Shown piece by piece: positions 7,588 through 16,271 of a stretch of DNA of 19,469 nucleotides. The notes below the pieces were generated by a model. That model was not told where the DNA came from. It made no database searches and saw nothing but the letters and a program-made list of their open reading frames with translations. The DNA is from Pseudobacteriovorax sp. (GTDB lineage: Bacteria; Bdellovibrionota_B; Oligoflexia; Oligoflexales; Oligoflexaceae). How positions within the stretch are numbered: position 1 is the stretch's first letter; each line of letters starts with the position of its first letter. Location: positions 253 through 19,721 of the forward strand of contig JBNKNM010000095.1 of NCBI GenBank assembly GCA_050293845.1. Reading direction: 5' to 3'. A program made the translations under genes and the position numbers.

Positions 7588-9381
7588 CTACAACCCTTGC
7601 AGAACAATACTTTCGACTTTAAGGCGTCGACCGCGGCTATCCACTGCCTCAGCCACTAGATAGCGGGTTCCATAAAGAAGATAGGACTTATCTGTGGTTA
7701 CGGCTGTTCCAGCGCTATTTAGGTTTTGGCTACCTAAAGAGGTAAAGGCACGTGGGAACCATTCGTATCCTGTAATCCAGTAAAGATTGATACGAGCAGT
7801 ACCTTCTGGCCATCCTGAAACTGTTAATTTCAGCACACCACCAATAGCCTGACCTTCTTCCAGACCTACAAAGCTAAATCCACCTGTTTCAGGAGCTGGT
7901 TCAGGAGCTGGTTCAGGATCTGTTGGTTCTGTCGGATCCGGTTTAGTAGGATCTGTCGGTGTTGGGTCAACTGGATTAGGTTCAGTGGGACGTCCATCGT
8001 CTGGGAATCGTTTTTGTAATTCCAATAGAATTGCTTTAGCATCTACCAATCCTCCCGCAATAATATCCTCACGAGGGAAACGAACCTGCGTATTTGCAGA
8101 CTGTTTTAGGAGATCCACAAGTTCATCATGAAACAAACCTTCGTTGCCCTTAGACCTTACAGCAGAAAGACCTAAAGCGTAGGTTCCGACAGCAATTGGC
8201 GTTGCCATTGAGGTTCCGCTCAAGGACTTGTAAGAAGACCCCGGGTAAGTAGAAAGAGCGTTGGCACCTGGTGCTGCAATATCAATATGATCGCCATAAA
8301 CGGAGAAGTTTGTAAGACGATTATTTTGATCTGTAGCTCCCACTGCAATCACATGATTGTAACTTGCTGGGTAGGAATAGACATAACCACCACTGCGGCT
8401 AGACCCGTTACGGAAGCCATCATTACCTGCGGCCGCGAAAACAATCACACCTTGGTCGTTTAAGTTCTCATAAAGAGACTTTCTATGGCTTGACTTTTTA
8501 ACACGTGAGATGGAGTTGCTACCCAAAGAAAGGTTAATGATGTCTGCACCATTAGCGGCAGCCCATTGAACACCACGGTCTATCTCCAAGGAACTACCTT
8601 GTCCTCGAGAGTTCATCACGCGGACCGGCATAATCAAAACATTCTGACAGGCACCAACGCCCGCAATACCGATGCTATTGTTTGCCGATGCACCGATTAG
8701 TCCTGCAACGTGGGTACCATGACCGTTATCATCATCCCAATTACTATCAGGAGATCGTGAAGATCCTTTACCAACAAAGTTGGCACCAATTACTTGGCCC
8801 TGTTTGTTACGATAAAAACGATCTTTCAGATCAGGGTGAGTTTTTTGAACACCAGAGTCAACTACCGCAACAACTACTGGTTTTCCTTGCTTGCCACTCA
8901 AATCACAGGCTGAATCACGACGAATATTATCAAGGTAATACTGTCGGTTTTTGTACTGATCATTTTCGCTCAAGCTGGTGCGAACAACCGCATTGGCTTC
9001 AGCGTTTAGAACAGCATCGTCGTCAAGAAGGCTGATTAAGACCTGATCCGAAGATTCTAGATCTAGCTCACATCCTGACAATTCAAAATGGTAGGAATTG
9101 TAAAGGTTGGTGGAAAGAACTTGCGAACCCCGTTCCCAACTAATCTTTTCAATACTAGCCTCACAACCTTTATCAACCGCAATTTGCTGACCTAGGTCTA
9201 GTAAGTACTCGTCTGATTGGATGTTGGAATCGGAAAGATCCTTAAGTTCCACTACAAAGCTACCCGGAACAACTTCTGTGGGTAGGGTCCTCTCGTCAAT
9301 TTTTTCTGATTGGTTACATCCCTGCAGGACCAGCAAAGATGTGAGGACGGCTGCCCCCGATTTCATGTTTAGTTGCCACAT
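7588..9381 (-). CDS. S8 (subtilisin-like) serine protease, predicted lipoprotein, with Pro/Thr linker and C-terminal beta-rich domain
   Basis: Catalytic motifs VAVVDSG, HGTHVAG, AAAGN (oxyanion Asn) and SGTSMATP; lipobox LQG-C; propeptide-like N-terminal region; PTEPNPVDPTPTDPT...PEPAPEPAPE linker. Confidence 0.96.
   Translation of the reverse strand: MWQLNMKSGAAVLTSLLVLQGCNQSEKIDERTLPTEVVPGSFVVELKDLSDSNIQSDEYLLDLGQQIAVDKGCEASIEKISWERGSQVLSTNLYNSYHFELSGCELDLESSDQVLISLLDDDAVLNAEANAVVRTSLSENDQYKNRQYYLDNIRRDSACDLSGKQGKPVVVAVVDSGVQKTHPDLKDRFYRNKQGQVIGANFVGKGSSRSPDSNWDDDNGHGTHVAGLIGASANNSIGIAGVGACQNVLIMPVRVMNSRGQGSSLEIDRGVQWAAANGADIINLSLGSNSISRVKKSSHRKSLYENLNDQGVIVFAAAGNDGFRNGSSRSGGYVYSYPASYNHVIAVGATDQNNRLTNFSVYGDHIDIAAPGANALSTYPGSSYKSLSGTSMATPIAVGTYALGLSAVRSKGNEGLFHDELVDLLKQSANTQVRFPREDIIAGGLVDAKAILLELQKRFPDDGRPTEPNPVDPTPTDPTKPDPTEPTDPEPAPEPAPETGGFSFVGLEEGQAIGGVLKLTVSGWPEGTARINLYWITGYEWFPRAFTSLGSQNLNSAGTAVTTDKSYLLYGTRYLVAEAVDSRGRRLKVESIVLQGL
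7888..7918. repeat. 12-bp coding tandem repeat (TTCAGGAGCTGG, about 2.5 copies)
   Basis: Directly visible; encodes PEPAPEPAPE in the S8 linker. Confidence 0.85.
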
Positions 9382-9957
9382 AATTCAATCTCCACTACAA
9401 ATAACTGAAACAACAAATAGCCATTATGGCCTGACAAAAATACCATTTCAGCAGGGTAAGTCTAGTGTTTTTGACATACTTCGCGGATATCCGCTGGTTA
9501 CCCTGGCTAACCAGCCTAAAAATTGACGTGTCTCAGGTTATGAAAGGGTTTATGCAATGAATTAGTTTGGATATCTGACTACTCAGATTGATTATTGTGT
9601 GCTGTCTATGCTTCATGTTCATCTCCCTCACCACGACCCTCAATGCCTATACTCTTGAAGATATGGAGTTTGTTGAAAGGAGTAAATCTATCCGTAATCA
9701 ATAGCAAATCAACCATCCAAGAATTCAAGAATAGCTTGAACGGAGCTAACCTTCGGCCACCCCTTGAATACTTGAATATGTTGTGTGTTGGACGGAGTAA
9801 ATTCCTCTAATGCCTGTCTACAGCATTTACAATAGAGGTTATACATGAAGAAGTTAAATATAATCGACCCTCTAATGCTAACCGTATCTATCTGTAATAA
9901 TGAAGAAAAACATTCGCGCCGAAAAGATGGTTAATCTTTCATAGGAGATTTAGGGCC

Positions 9958-10323
9958 ATGGAAGCTAAAAGAATAGATATAAAAACCGAAGACGGCAGGC
10001 GCCTTGATTTTCAAAAAATACGCAAAATGACAGGCGTCAATGCTAAAGAACTCGGTAAAATTGCTGGAGTTTCAGCAAGAACTATAGAAACAAGCAAGCA
10101 GCGTAGTGCTACCGACAAGAAGTTCAATCAGCTCATTTACGCGTTGAAATTACTAGCTCCTTTGTGTGATGAAGATGAACAGCGTATGGCATCATGGTTT
10201 ATAGAACCTCAAGTTTACTGGCACGGTACCAGCGTCCTCGACATGTTTCAAGCTGGTTTAGGAAATGGAGTCATTGAACTACTTGAAGCCGAAGACAATG
10301 GAGAGGCATTAACAGGAAGCTAG
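9958..10323 (+). CDS. Xre/MbcA/ParS-type antitoxin (N-terminal HTH, C-terminal toxin-binding domain)
   Basis: HTH segment GVNAKELGKIAGVSARTI. The C-terminal WFIEPQVYWHGTSVLDM resembles the WlxxPxxxlxGxxPldl motif. RBS TAGGAG; followed by a RES remnant. Confidence 0.8.
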   Translation: MEAKRIDIKTEDGRRLDFQKIRKMTGVNAKELGKIAGVSARTIETSKQRSATDKKFNQLIYALKLLAPLCDEDEQRMASWFIEPQVYWHGTSVLDMFQAGLGNGVIELLEAEDNGEALTGS

Positions 10324-10362
10324 AACTTGCATAATACATTAGCTAAGTAGCTCAAGGCTCGA

Positions 10363-10756
10363 ATGCAAAAGGTTCATATCTTAGAAGCAATTAAGCGAAG
10401 CACCTATGTTAAGCAACAAAAATCCAACCTAGAAAAACTATTTGATAGCACAGCTAAAACAGTCACACCGACTCCAAGCGTGGCTTTTTCTGGTAAAGTT
10501 TGGAAAGGCACTAAAAAAAGTACTTAAACAACATTGCAATGAAAGACAACATCCCACTTACCACTGAGGGATCTATCAAGGCCGCTGGCCGATATCACTT
10601 AAAAGACAACCACAGACCCTTTACTTTGCCACCGGCCCTCTAGGCATTCCTCCAGAACTCGACGAAGATTTTAACGACGATGGCATAATAATAAACCCTT
10701 ACAAAATTCATATTTATCATGTTTTGAATCCACCAAATGGAAAGAATAGTAGATAA
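10363..10756 (+). pseudogene. RES-domain toxin remnant (frameshifted, truncated)
   Basis: Frame 1: MQKVH...FSGKVWKGTKK (stop 10525-10527). A -1 shift at A7 (10513-10519) gives KYLNNIAMKDNIPLTTEGSIKAAGRYH. A second -1 shift near 10601-10613 gives QTLYFATGPLGIPPEL. GS..GRY...LYxA...E is the RES N-terminal signature; the C-terminal Ser motif is absent. Confidence 0.78.
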
Positions 10757-11073
10757 TCATTATAATCCAGATTATCGGGAATGATATTGATGTCTGAAAA
10801 TAAGAAGTAATTATGTTCTTGAGAGTGGCGATTTCTGCTAGACCTTTCTAATATGCTCCGAAGGGTTCCTGACTCCCCAACAGTTATTTATAAGTGCTAG
10901 AGAACCAGTAGGTCCGTAAGATTTTTGCGCCTAAACAATTATCGATAGATTGATTATGAACTCTATTCTATACGTTACTTAGATGATATTACCCAATCAA
11001 AGAAAACTTTCAAATAAGTTATCATTCCATTAAAATAAACCCATAACACAAATATAATAATCAGGAGTCTGCA

Positions 11074-11571
11074 ATGAAACATTTGCTTTGTACTGCAATT
11101 CTATTGCTAGGATTAACCACAACAAGTTATGGAGCCGATGGTAGTAGCGGGTGTGGACCTGGTTGGTATGTCCTTAAGAAAAATTCTCTCATTTCCTCCA
11201 TAGGCCGTATAATTACCAATGGTATCCTCACACCTGTTGTAACCTTGGGAATGACATTTGGAACATCTAACTGCTCAAAACACTCGATTGTTTTAAAAGA
11301 CAAGCGACCCTTACATTTTGCAAGCCATAACATGGAACACCTACGCCATGAAATTGCCCAAGGAAATGGTGAATTTCTCACGGCCTATCTAGCTAGTTTT
11401 GGCTGTCATATTTTTTCCCATGAGAAAATAAAGTCAAGCCTAAGAGATCATTTGGAACAGCTATTACATACACCCCATGCTCAGGTACAGGCACTAGAAT
11501 TAGTATCACTAACAACAGATCTAATTGTTAATAGTAAAACGCTCTATAGTTCTTGCATGAATCTTTCCTAG
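11074..11571 (+). CDS. DUF3015-family secreted protein
   Basis: Signal peptide, GCGPGW motif, TFGTSNC and EIAQGNGEFL..LA..FGC; RBS AGGAG; sits upstream of a DUF4105 gene, a known pairing. Confidence 0.85.
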   Translation: MKHLLCTAILLLGLTTTSYGADGSSGCGPGWYVLKKNSLISSIGRIITNGILTPVVTLGMTFGTSNCSKHSIVLKDKRPLHFASHNMEHLRHEIAQGNGEFLTAYLASFGCHIFSHEKIKSSLRDHLEQLLHTPHAQVQALELVSLTTDLIVNSKTLYSSCMNLS

Positions 11572-11647
11572 CATGAAATCGAAAACTATGGGCAGTTTAT
11601 TGATGATGCAAATCATGATCTAGAAAACTGTAATTTCAAACTCATCA

Positions 11648-13462
11648 ATGGGAGCTCCATTGAGCTACTTTTCCGGCGTATGCATTCTATTATGGCTGGC
11701 GCAATATATTTATGCTGTACCAGTTGAATACGACAGTACGTGGTTAAAGTTGGGCCACTATCATAAAAACTGGGGAGAATATAAGAGTACTATCGACCAT
11801 GGTAGCTTTTTTATACATCCCGAGGGTCGTACTAATCCAGCATGGGAATTTGAGGCAACACGAAAATCTATAGCGACTGGTGTTCCTAAAATTGGGACCC
11901 ATCGTATGGACCCTATTTGCGCGTTTCCTGCACGTGCTAAATATATGCAGCACATATTTGGTGGGAAATTGCGTGACGTAGAGTGTTCTGAATTTCAAAT
12001 TTGGAAAGAAAATATCAATTTAAGCAGTATCAGTGTGATATTTTCCTCTGAATACATCAGTAATCCCGCGTCTATGTTTGGTCATACCTTTTTAAAAATG
12101 AATCTCAAAAACACTTTGAGTATGGGGAGTGATGAAAACTCATTACTTGATTACGGCGTCTCTTTTGCAGCAATTTCCAATCCAAACGATGGTCTCCTTT
12201 ATATAGTTAAAGGTTTGTTAGGAGGGTATCAAGGTGTTTTTCGCATTCATCCTTTCTACGAACTTGTGAATGAATATGAGTTTTCTGAAAATCGAGATCT
12301 CTGGGAATATAGGATAAAAATTACTAGAGATCAGGCGGCATTGTTTTTAGAGCATCTTTGGGAACTATACGCCAATGCATCTGTAGATTACTATTTTATG
12401 GATGATAACTGCTCCTACTTACTGTTAGAACTTCTTGAAGTTATCTTTCCGCACAAAGAACTGACGAAAGAAATATCCCTATTTGTAACTCCCGTAGAGA
12501 CCATTCGTGTTATTCAAGAACGCTTGCCTTCAGAAGGAGTCATCTATCGTCCCTCTCAACGTCAGAAGTTCTTTCAGGAGTATGACAAGCTTAACCCATT
12601 TCTACAGAGTAGAATACAAACAACTACAAAGGGAGATGATGACTTAAGTCATTTAACTATTGATGAAAAGATAACAGTGATTGATAAAAGTCTACAATTC
12701 TTAAAACTTCGCAAATCTAAACTAGCTCTTAATGAGCAAACAGAGTTACGTCAAATAGAAACTCAACTTTTACTGAGAAGGTTAAAAATCGATAAAACAT
12801 CACAGCAAATAGTTATGCATAAGCCTTCTTCATTTCACCCTGGTAGCGGACATAGAAACAGAAAATTTGAACTGTCTGGAATAACGAACAAAGCTGTCAA
12901 TAGCTCTAAGGTTAGGCTGCGCTATGGATACCATGACCTCATGGACCCAGCTCAAGGACAGGAAACTTACTCCCAAATTAACTATCTTGATTTACATTTA
13001 TTAATGGCTAGGGAAATGACTTACCAACTAGCCATAGCTGAAGTATTTTCATTGGCTCCCTATCGGGTTCTTGAACCGCAATATGCTTGGATGCTAGGAG
13101 GAGGGTTTCAGGGAGGTCTTTCACCTCATCAAAAACACGATATTTATATAGAGGGAGGCTTGGGTCTTGCCTCTATGATTGCTCATAATCAATTTTTAAG
13201 TTACATAATGCCGAAAATAAAATTATTGAGAAGTGAAATTGAAGGAAATTGGCAAGGGATGCTCGCTAGTGGAATTATATGGAAACCCATAGCTTCCTAC
13301 CGATTTAAAGGTGAACTAATACAAAATTTAAAGAAAAGAAAAAAGATTTCTTTTCAATTTGATTCTTTTTATGATTTATCGGTCTCCTATCAAATCTTTT
13401 TCAAGACTAAATTGGCCTACAACGATCGAGAACTACAACTGGGCTTAGCTAGTTACTACTAA
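11648..13462 (+). CDS. DUF4105 (Lnb N-terminal-like) domain protein with probable C-terminal outer-membrane beta-barrel
   Basis: WLKLGHY, C-x-FPAR, PASMFGHTFLK (His), ENRDLWEY and YYFMDDNCS (Cys). The C-terminal third has alternating strands, GYHDLMDP and an aromatic terminus (LGLASYY). The exact start is uncertain. Confidence 0.88.
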   Translation: MGAPLSYFSGVCILLWLAQYIYAVPVEYDSTWLKLGHYHKNWGEYKSTIDHGSFFIHPEGRTNPAWEFEATRKSIATGVPKIGTHRMDPICAFPARAKYMQHIFGGKLRDVECSEFQIWKENINLSSISVIFSSEYISNPASMFGHTFLKMNLKNTLSMGSDENSLLDYGVSFAAISNPNDGLLYIVKGLLGGYQGVFRIHPFYELVNEYEFSENRDLWEYRIKITRDQAALFLEHLWELYANASVDYYFMDDNCSYLLLELLEVIFPHKELTKEISLFVTPVETIRVIQERLPSEGVIYRPSQRQKFFQEYDKLNPFLQSRIQTTTKGDDDLSHLTIDEKITVIDKSLQFLKLRKSKLALNEQTELRQIETQLLLRRLKIDKTSQQIVMHKPSSFHPGSGHRNRKFELSGITNKAVNSSKVRLRYGYHDLMDPAQGQETYSQINYLDLHLLMAREMTYQLAIAEVFSLAPYRVLEPQYAWMLGGGFQGGLSPHQKHDIYIEGGLGLASMIAHNQFLSYIMPKIKLLRSEIEGNWQGMLASGIIWKPIASYRFKGELIQNLKKRKKISFQFDSFYDLSVSYQIFFKTKLAYNDRELQLGLASYY

Positions 13463-13620
13463 AATGGTCGTCAATGGCTGTGGGGGGCCTATACCACCAA
13501 GGATTTGTTGCCGCGATCGGTGATGTCAATGTACCGAGAAAAGCGATAATCTGTCAGATTTCGTCCTCGTTGAGATGTAGGGGTAAAATATCAAAATGTG
13601 GCCGATTGGGAGGAATTTAT
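13449..13620 (-). pseudogene. C-terminal remnant of a di-haem cytochrome c peroxidase/MauG-family gene
   Basis: Minus strand KFLPIGH / DILPLHLNEDEI*QIIAFLGTLTSPIAATNPWWYRPP resembles the family C-terminal helix LxLxxxExxxLxAFLxTLT. In-frame TGA at 13556-13554; no CxxCH motif remains. Confidence 0.65.
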
Positions 13621-13785
13621 CCTCTTTCAGAAGGCGGTGATGATGGAGTTGTGCACTGTGGTGAAGACCTAGGACCATTAAATGCTTACAAATATAACCT
13701 AGTCTGCAATCCAAACAAGCAACTTCTACTTAATTATTACTATACAAGTGTCGTTCATCTTGCAGTGATCCGATAGCTAATCTAA

Positions 13786-13812
13786 GAGTTGACTGAGATA
13801 ATCGGTCAACTC
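13786..13812. terminator. Hairpin (possible terminator) downstream of the metalloprotease gene
   Basis: GAGTTGACTGA-GATAA-TCGGTCAACTC has 11-bp arms with one imperfect position; no clear U tail. Confidence 0.4.
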
Positions 13813-13869
13813 CGTTGAATAGTACAGTTCGTTAATTCAGCATCAAGAAAATCCGAATGCACTTTAATT

Positions 13870-14831
13870 TTACTTTTCGATATTTCTAATTTCATATTTG
13901 TCGTAATCTTCATATGAAAAATCAAGCACTAAACTATTATCTTTAACTGACTTAAAAAAAGAAGCTTCATCCTGTGAATATACGGACAATTCTCTATATG
14001 AAGAGTTTTTATTGTACCTAATCTCATATGGAAAGAACATCAATGCACCATCATCGGTCAAACACTCAAAATAATTTGCATACAAAACATTATCTATAAC
14101 ATCTCTAATAGGATCATAGGTTAATCCTGTAACAATATGTAGAAATATATTCTTCTTATGGTTAAAATAGACAGGATTTTTACCTCCCGTTTGTAAACAA
14201 TAAACTCTTCGAATCGGTTCTCTATCTATGTCTAAAATGGTTTCCCACGGTGTTTGACACATTATTGAGTTGGGGAACCCAGGCTTACAATGATTACTAT
14301 TTGGTTGGCAGGTGTCATCCAAGCCAAATATGTGGCCAAACTCATGTATCAATTTTCCTTGAAGATAGTATTCATTTACTTTTATCCTTTCAATAAGAAC
14401 TGTTGATGTATATGGATTCGCATAGGTCCCCCTTTCATCAGAATAAACCACATTAAGATCTTCTTCACATGTTGTTCTATTTACAACTTTTACTTCAGGT
14501 ACCGCGGAAACTAACCCCTCTAAGCTACTCAACCAAAGTATGACGGCTTTTTTTGATTTTTCATTGAATTCCTTTTTAACTGCGTCAGAAACATTCGAAG
14601 GCAAAGATAGACATAGGAGTAGTTCTTCTTTTTCCAAAAGCTTTACCCAGTTCATGTACAAATCTAGATCATACCGCTTAACATCTCCTCTAATACCACC
14701 GCCATCATAGCAACTATTTTTTCTTCCTTAAATAGCATTCCTTGAGCCAAACAAGATTCATATGTTTGATCGGTTTTGCCACATAACACTATTTGAAAAG
14801 TAAAAGTTATTAGAAGAAGTAATTTTTGCAT
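13870..14831 (-). pseudogene. Metzincin-type zinc metalloprotease, predicted exported/lipoprotein, split by a single frameshift
   Basis: ORF 13870..14661 has HEFGHIFGLDD (HExxHxxGxxD) and a Met-turn SIMC. The upstream ORF from ATG 14831 (MQKLLLLITFTFQIVL-CGK...) joins it if one A is added to the A6 run (T6 at 14717-14722), giving about 320 aa. Confidence 0.78.
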
Positions 14832-15381
14832 AGAACAAAAACCTTCACAAAGTAGAAGATGAATGGGGCGATCATACTAATAAAATCGTAAGATTAAAAA
14901 TGTCTTCCTCTCTAAATAAATTTTGAAATTTATGGACATCGAGCCCCCTGGATATCTCCCAGATTGCATTTCAAGAAATCGCTGCGCGTTCAGCACTTTT
15001 TTACTCATAATCTCACAAATAAAATTAACTTATTCCTATGTGGGGTGAACTCAACATAATCATAGAAGTGCTCACTTAATAGTCTAAAAACTAAAATTTT
15101 AAGCAAAGGAAAGGAGCTTATTTTTGCAGGAAGGGGATAAAATTAGAAGTGGGATAATGAGCTAATAACAACTTCTGAGCGGCAATATAGACCCTAACAA
15201 CTTAATTTTGTTGAATTGAATATCGTCATTATTTAATCAGAACTGATGGAACAACTTTTCAGGTAGCTAAAGGTAGTTTGCTAATTTTATTTCAAAAAAA
15301 CTGGTGACTAAGGTCTCTCCCAAGATTTTCCGATAAGTAATAATAACGAATATTAAATTATAAATAATGTAAAGGGGGACT

Positions 15382-15537
15382 ATGGAATTAATTATTCCTA
15401 TAGTTATCTTAGTGGCAGTTATAATTTTTCTTCTGTACTTCACAAAAGGCAAAACAACTAGCAATGGTAACCATGAGAATGCCAAAAGTGGGAATTACAG
15501 AGACGATAACAGTGGGTCGTGGGGAGGCGGTGCTTAA
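15382..15537 (+). CDS. Small single-pass membrane protein (51 aa)
   Basis: RBS AAGGGGG; MELIIPIVILVAVIIFLLYFTKGKTTSNGNHENAKSGNYRDDNSGSWGGGA*; followed by a terminator. Confidence 0.72.
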   Translation: MELIIPIVILVAVIIFLLYFTKGKTTSNGNHENAKSGNYRDDNSGSWGGGA

Positions 15538-15548
15538 CGTAAAGATTC

Positions 15549-15570
15549 TTCCCGTTACTCGGGAGTTTTT
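15549..15570 (+). terminator. Rho-independent terminator after the 51-aa gene
   Basis: TTCCCG-TTACT-CGGGAG followed by TTTTT, 11 nt after the stop codon. Confidence 0.6.
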
Positions 15571-15701
15571 CCCGCAATACTAGTGAAGTATGTTTACTAA
15601 GGTAGTCAAGTCTCTGTTCTAGTCATTATCGTCTCGGCATCCATCAAGTCACGAGCAATTCTTATCCTTATTCTTTTAATTTGTATTGGATTACAAAATA
15701 A

Positions 15702-15893
15702 GCCTATGCGCTTGCCATTGAGGTAAGGCAGACGAAATACCTAAACAATATAGTCGAACAAAGTCATCGTTTGATTAGAAGGATGACAAGGTCAATGATG
15801 AGTTTTCAAAACTTTTGGCTGGCTGCAACTACCATTTCTGGAATTGAAATGGTTTACGTGCTTTATCGTGATTATATTGAAGTCCCGGGATAG
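15702..15893 (+). pseudogene. IS6-family transposase C-terminal fragment
   Basis: IEVRQTKYLNNIVEQSHRLIRRMTRSMMSFQNFWLAATTISGIEMVYVL matches the IS6 signature RQxKYLNNIVEQDHRxIKRxxRPMLGFKSFxxAxxTLxGIE. No start codon or inverted repeat was found. Confidence 0.9.
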
Positions 15894-15969
15894 ACTCCCC
15901 AAGAGAGCTTTTGGCGCTCGCTCCCTTTAGGCCTAGTATTAAGAAGAACAGGCTAGAATCTGATATTGC

Positions 15970-16090
15970 TTACCTGGTTTTGGAAAAGTTTAAAGTTTTA
16001 CAACAAGCCAAGCGTGATGGCATTAATCCTCAGACTGGTGAAATAGTGAAAATTCCTGCGCGGAAAGCTTCGGTGTTTCATTATGGGTAA
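15970..16090 (+). pseudogene. HU/IHF-family DNA-binding protein, C-terminal half remnant
   Basis: LPGFG, then a +1 shift in the A4 run, then KFKVLQQAKRDGINPQTGEIVKIPARKASVFHYG*. This is the GFGxF...R.GxNPxTGE..IPA signature; the N-terminal helices are missing. Confidence 0.9.
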
Positions 16091-16271
16091 AATTTGGATA
16101 AAATTCAATTCCTGTAACCTTTACCTTCCCTCAAGCGAAGTCAATAGTAGCGCTACAAGTCCTCACGAAACCATATCGGGACTTTTTTGGATACCGGTTT
16201 CACAAAACTATTGGCTCGCATTGTCATCAAACGACAATAAATTTTCGACTCCTCGAACAAAGGAAAGTATT

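Noticed and set aside
9560..9846. 45-aa minus-strand ORF from ATG 9846 and plus-strand ORF 9595..9810
   Set aside because: No family similarity or convincing RBS; it may be a relic but this is unsupported.
10513..10520. AAAAAAAG as a programmed -1 ribosomal frameshift site for the RES gene
   Set aside because: The zero frame reads AAA AAA AGT rather than the canonical A AAA AAG phasing, and the gene has a second frameshift and a truncation, so recoding would not give a full toxin.
16083..16271. 63-aa N-terminal extension of ORF 16083..16841
   Set aside because: It overlaps the HU relic and lacks an RBS; ATG 16272 has an RBS and begins the hydrophobic domain.
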